In this document: piece after piece, positions 31,660 to 32,000 of the stretch
How positions within the stretch are numbered: position 1 is the stretch's first letter
Layout: every line of letters begins with the position of its first letter
Origin: Candidatus Electrothrix yaqonensis
GTDB lineage: Bacteria > Desulfobacterota > Desulfobulbia > Desulfobulbales > Desulfobulbaceae
Direction: 5' to 3'
Length of the DNA: 32,000 nt
Assembly (NCBI GenBank): GCA_047651235.1
Contig: CP178758.1
Coordinates: 2,190,001 to 2,222,000, forward strand
Made by a program: the position numbers and the translations under genes
The notes under the pieces: generated by a model
Databases searched by the model: none
What the model was told of the DNA's origin: nothing
What the model saw: only the letters and a program-made list of their open reading frames with translations

Positions 31660-32000
31660 TGCGATAGACTGTGCGTCCTCCTTTGCCCGGCTTATACTGC
31701 AGAAAAACTCAAGGATATTTTCTGCTCTCAGGGTAAAATTTGCTCATACCTTTTCACGACAGATATAGCATCAAGTATACCTGTTTGATTGTTCAGATAA
31801 ATCTTCACCCAATGAACATCGGGGATAGGGTGCCACCGCGTAGGTGGCGGGTATGCCGCCACAGAGATGATCTTTCCGGCAGGAATCACCTGTTGGAGTT
31901 GGGTGCGATTACAAGTGCGGTTTTATCAATTACGGGATGCATGAGAGCGTATTTTTCTGTTACTTTGATTTCTTTGAGAAAGAAACAGCAAGTAATCAGG

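Noticed and set aside
31832-31862. Mutually exclusive hairpins: GCCACC-gcgta-GGTGGC versus GTGGCGG-gtatg-CCGCCAC, sharing the central GGTGGCGG. This looks attenuator- or riboswitch-like.
   Set aside because: No downstream gene is visible before the window ends and no T-run follows. The segment also falls inside a possible 54-codon minus-strand ORF ('VIPAGKIISVAAYPPPTRWHPIPDVHWVKIYLNNQTGILDAISVVKRYEQILP'). The evidence is too weak either way.
1-32000. Search for rRNA, tRNA, tmRNA, RNase P and CRISPR arrays.
   Set aside because: Reading both strands by eye showed no cloverleaf-compatible segments, no conserved rRNA blocks and no repeat-spacer arrays. A tRNAscan/Infernal run would be needed for certainty.

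Overview
This is about 32 kb from a Gram-negative bacterium. The lipobox lipoprotein, PdxA/Tmk, a YeiE-like LysR regulator and the codon style suggest Desulfobacterota/Deltaproteobacteria, but that is unverified. All homology calls come from motif recognition by eye; no searches were run.

Layout:
- 1-8.2 kb: a sensor histidine kinase, two tandem paralogous repeat-rich envelope proteins ending in a peptidoglycan-binding domain, a bifunctional class II aldolase/SDR, and a small secreted protein.
- ~8.3-18.4 kb: a mosaic accessory stretch. It holds a palindrome-rich promoter region, a coiled-coil tail-anchored protein and a small ORF. It also holds a 1095-aa fusion of an EndoQ-type PHP/Zn-ribbon nuclease to a UvrD/PcrA helicase, and an intact vapBC pair. 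There is also a 21-aa IS630-type transposase stub, a frameshifted and truncated MmeI-family type IIG restriction-modification gene, and an AT-rich M64-type metallopeptidase plus partner module.
- 18.4-25.1 kb: a tightly packed five-gene cluster (PHP-like protein, GT4, AsnB-type amidotransferase, GlpD-like flavoprotein, aldo/keto reductase).
- 25.1-27.35 kb: an AT-rich scar containing an internally deleted ISAs1-family transposase.
- 27.36-32 kb: tmk, pdxA, two AT-rich secreted or membrane proteins, and a LysR regulator.

No rRNA, tRNA or CRISPR array was recognised. The most unusual item is the EndoQ-UvrD fusion. It has its own promoter and lies among toxin-antitoxin, R-M and IS debris.
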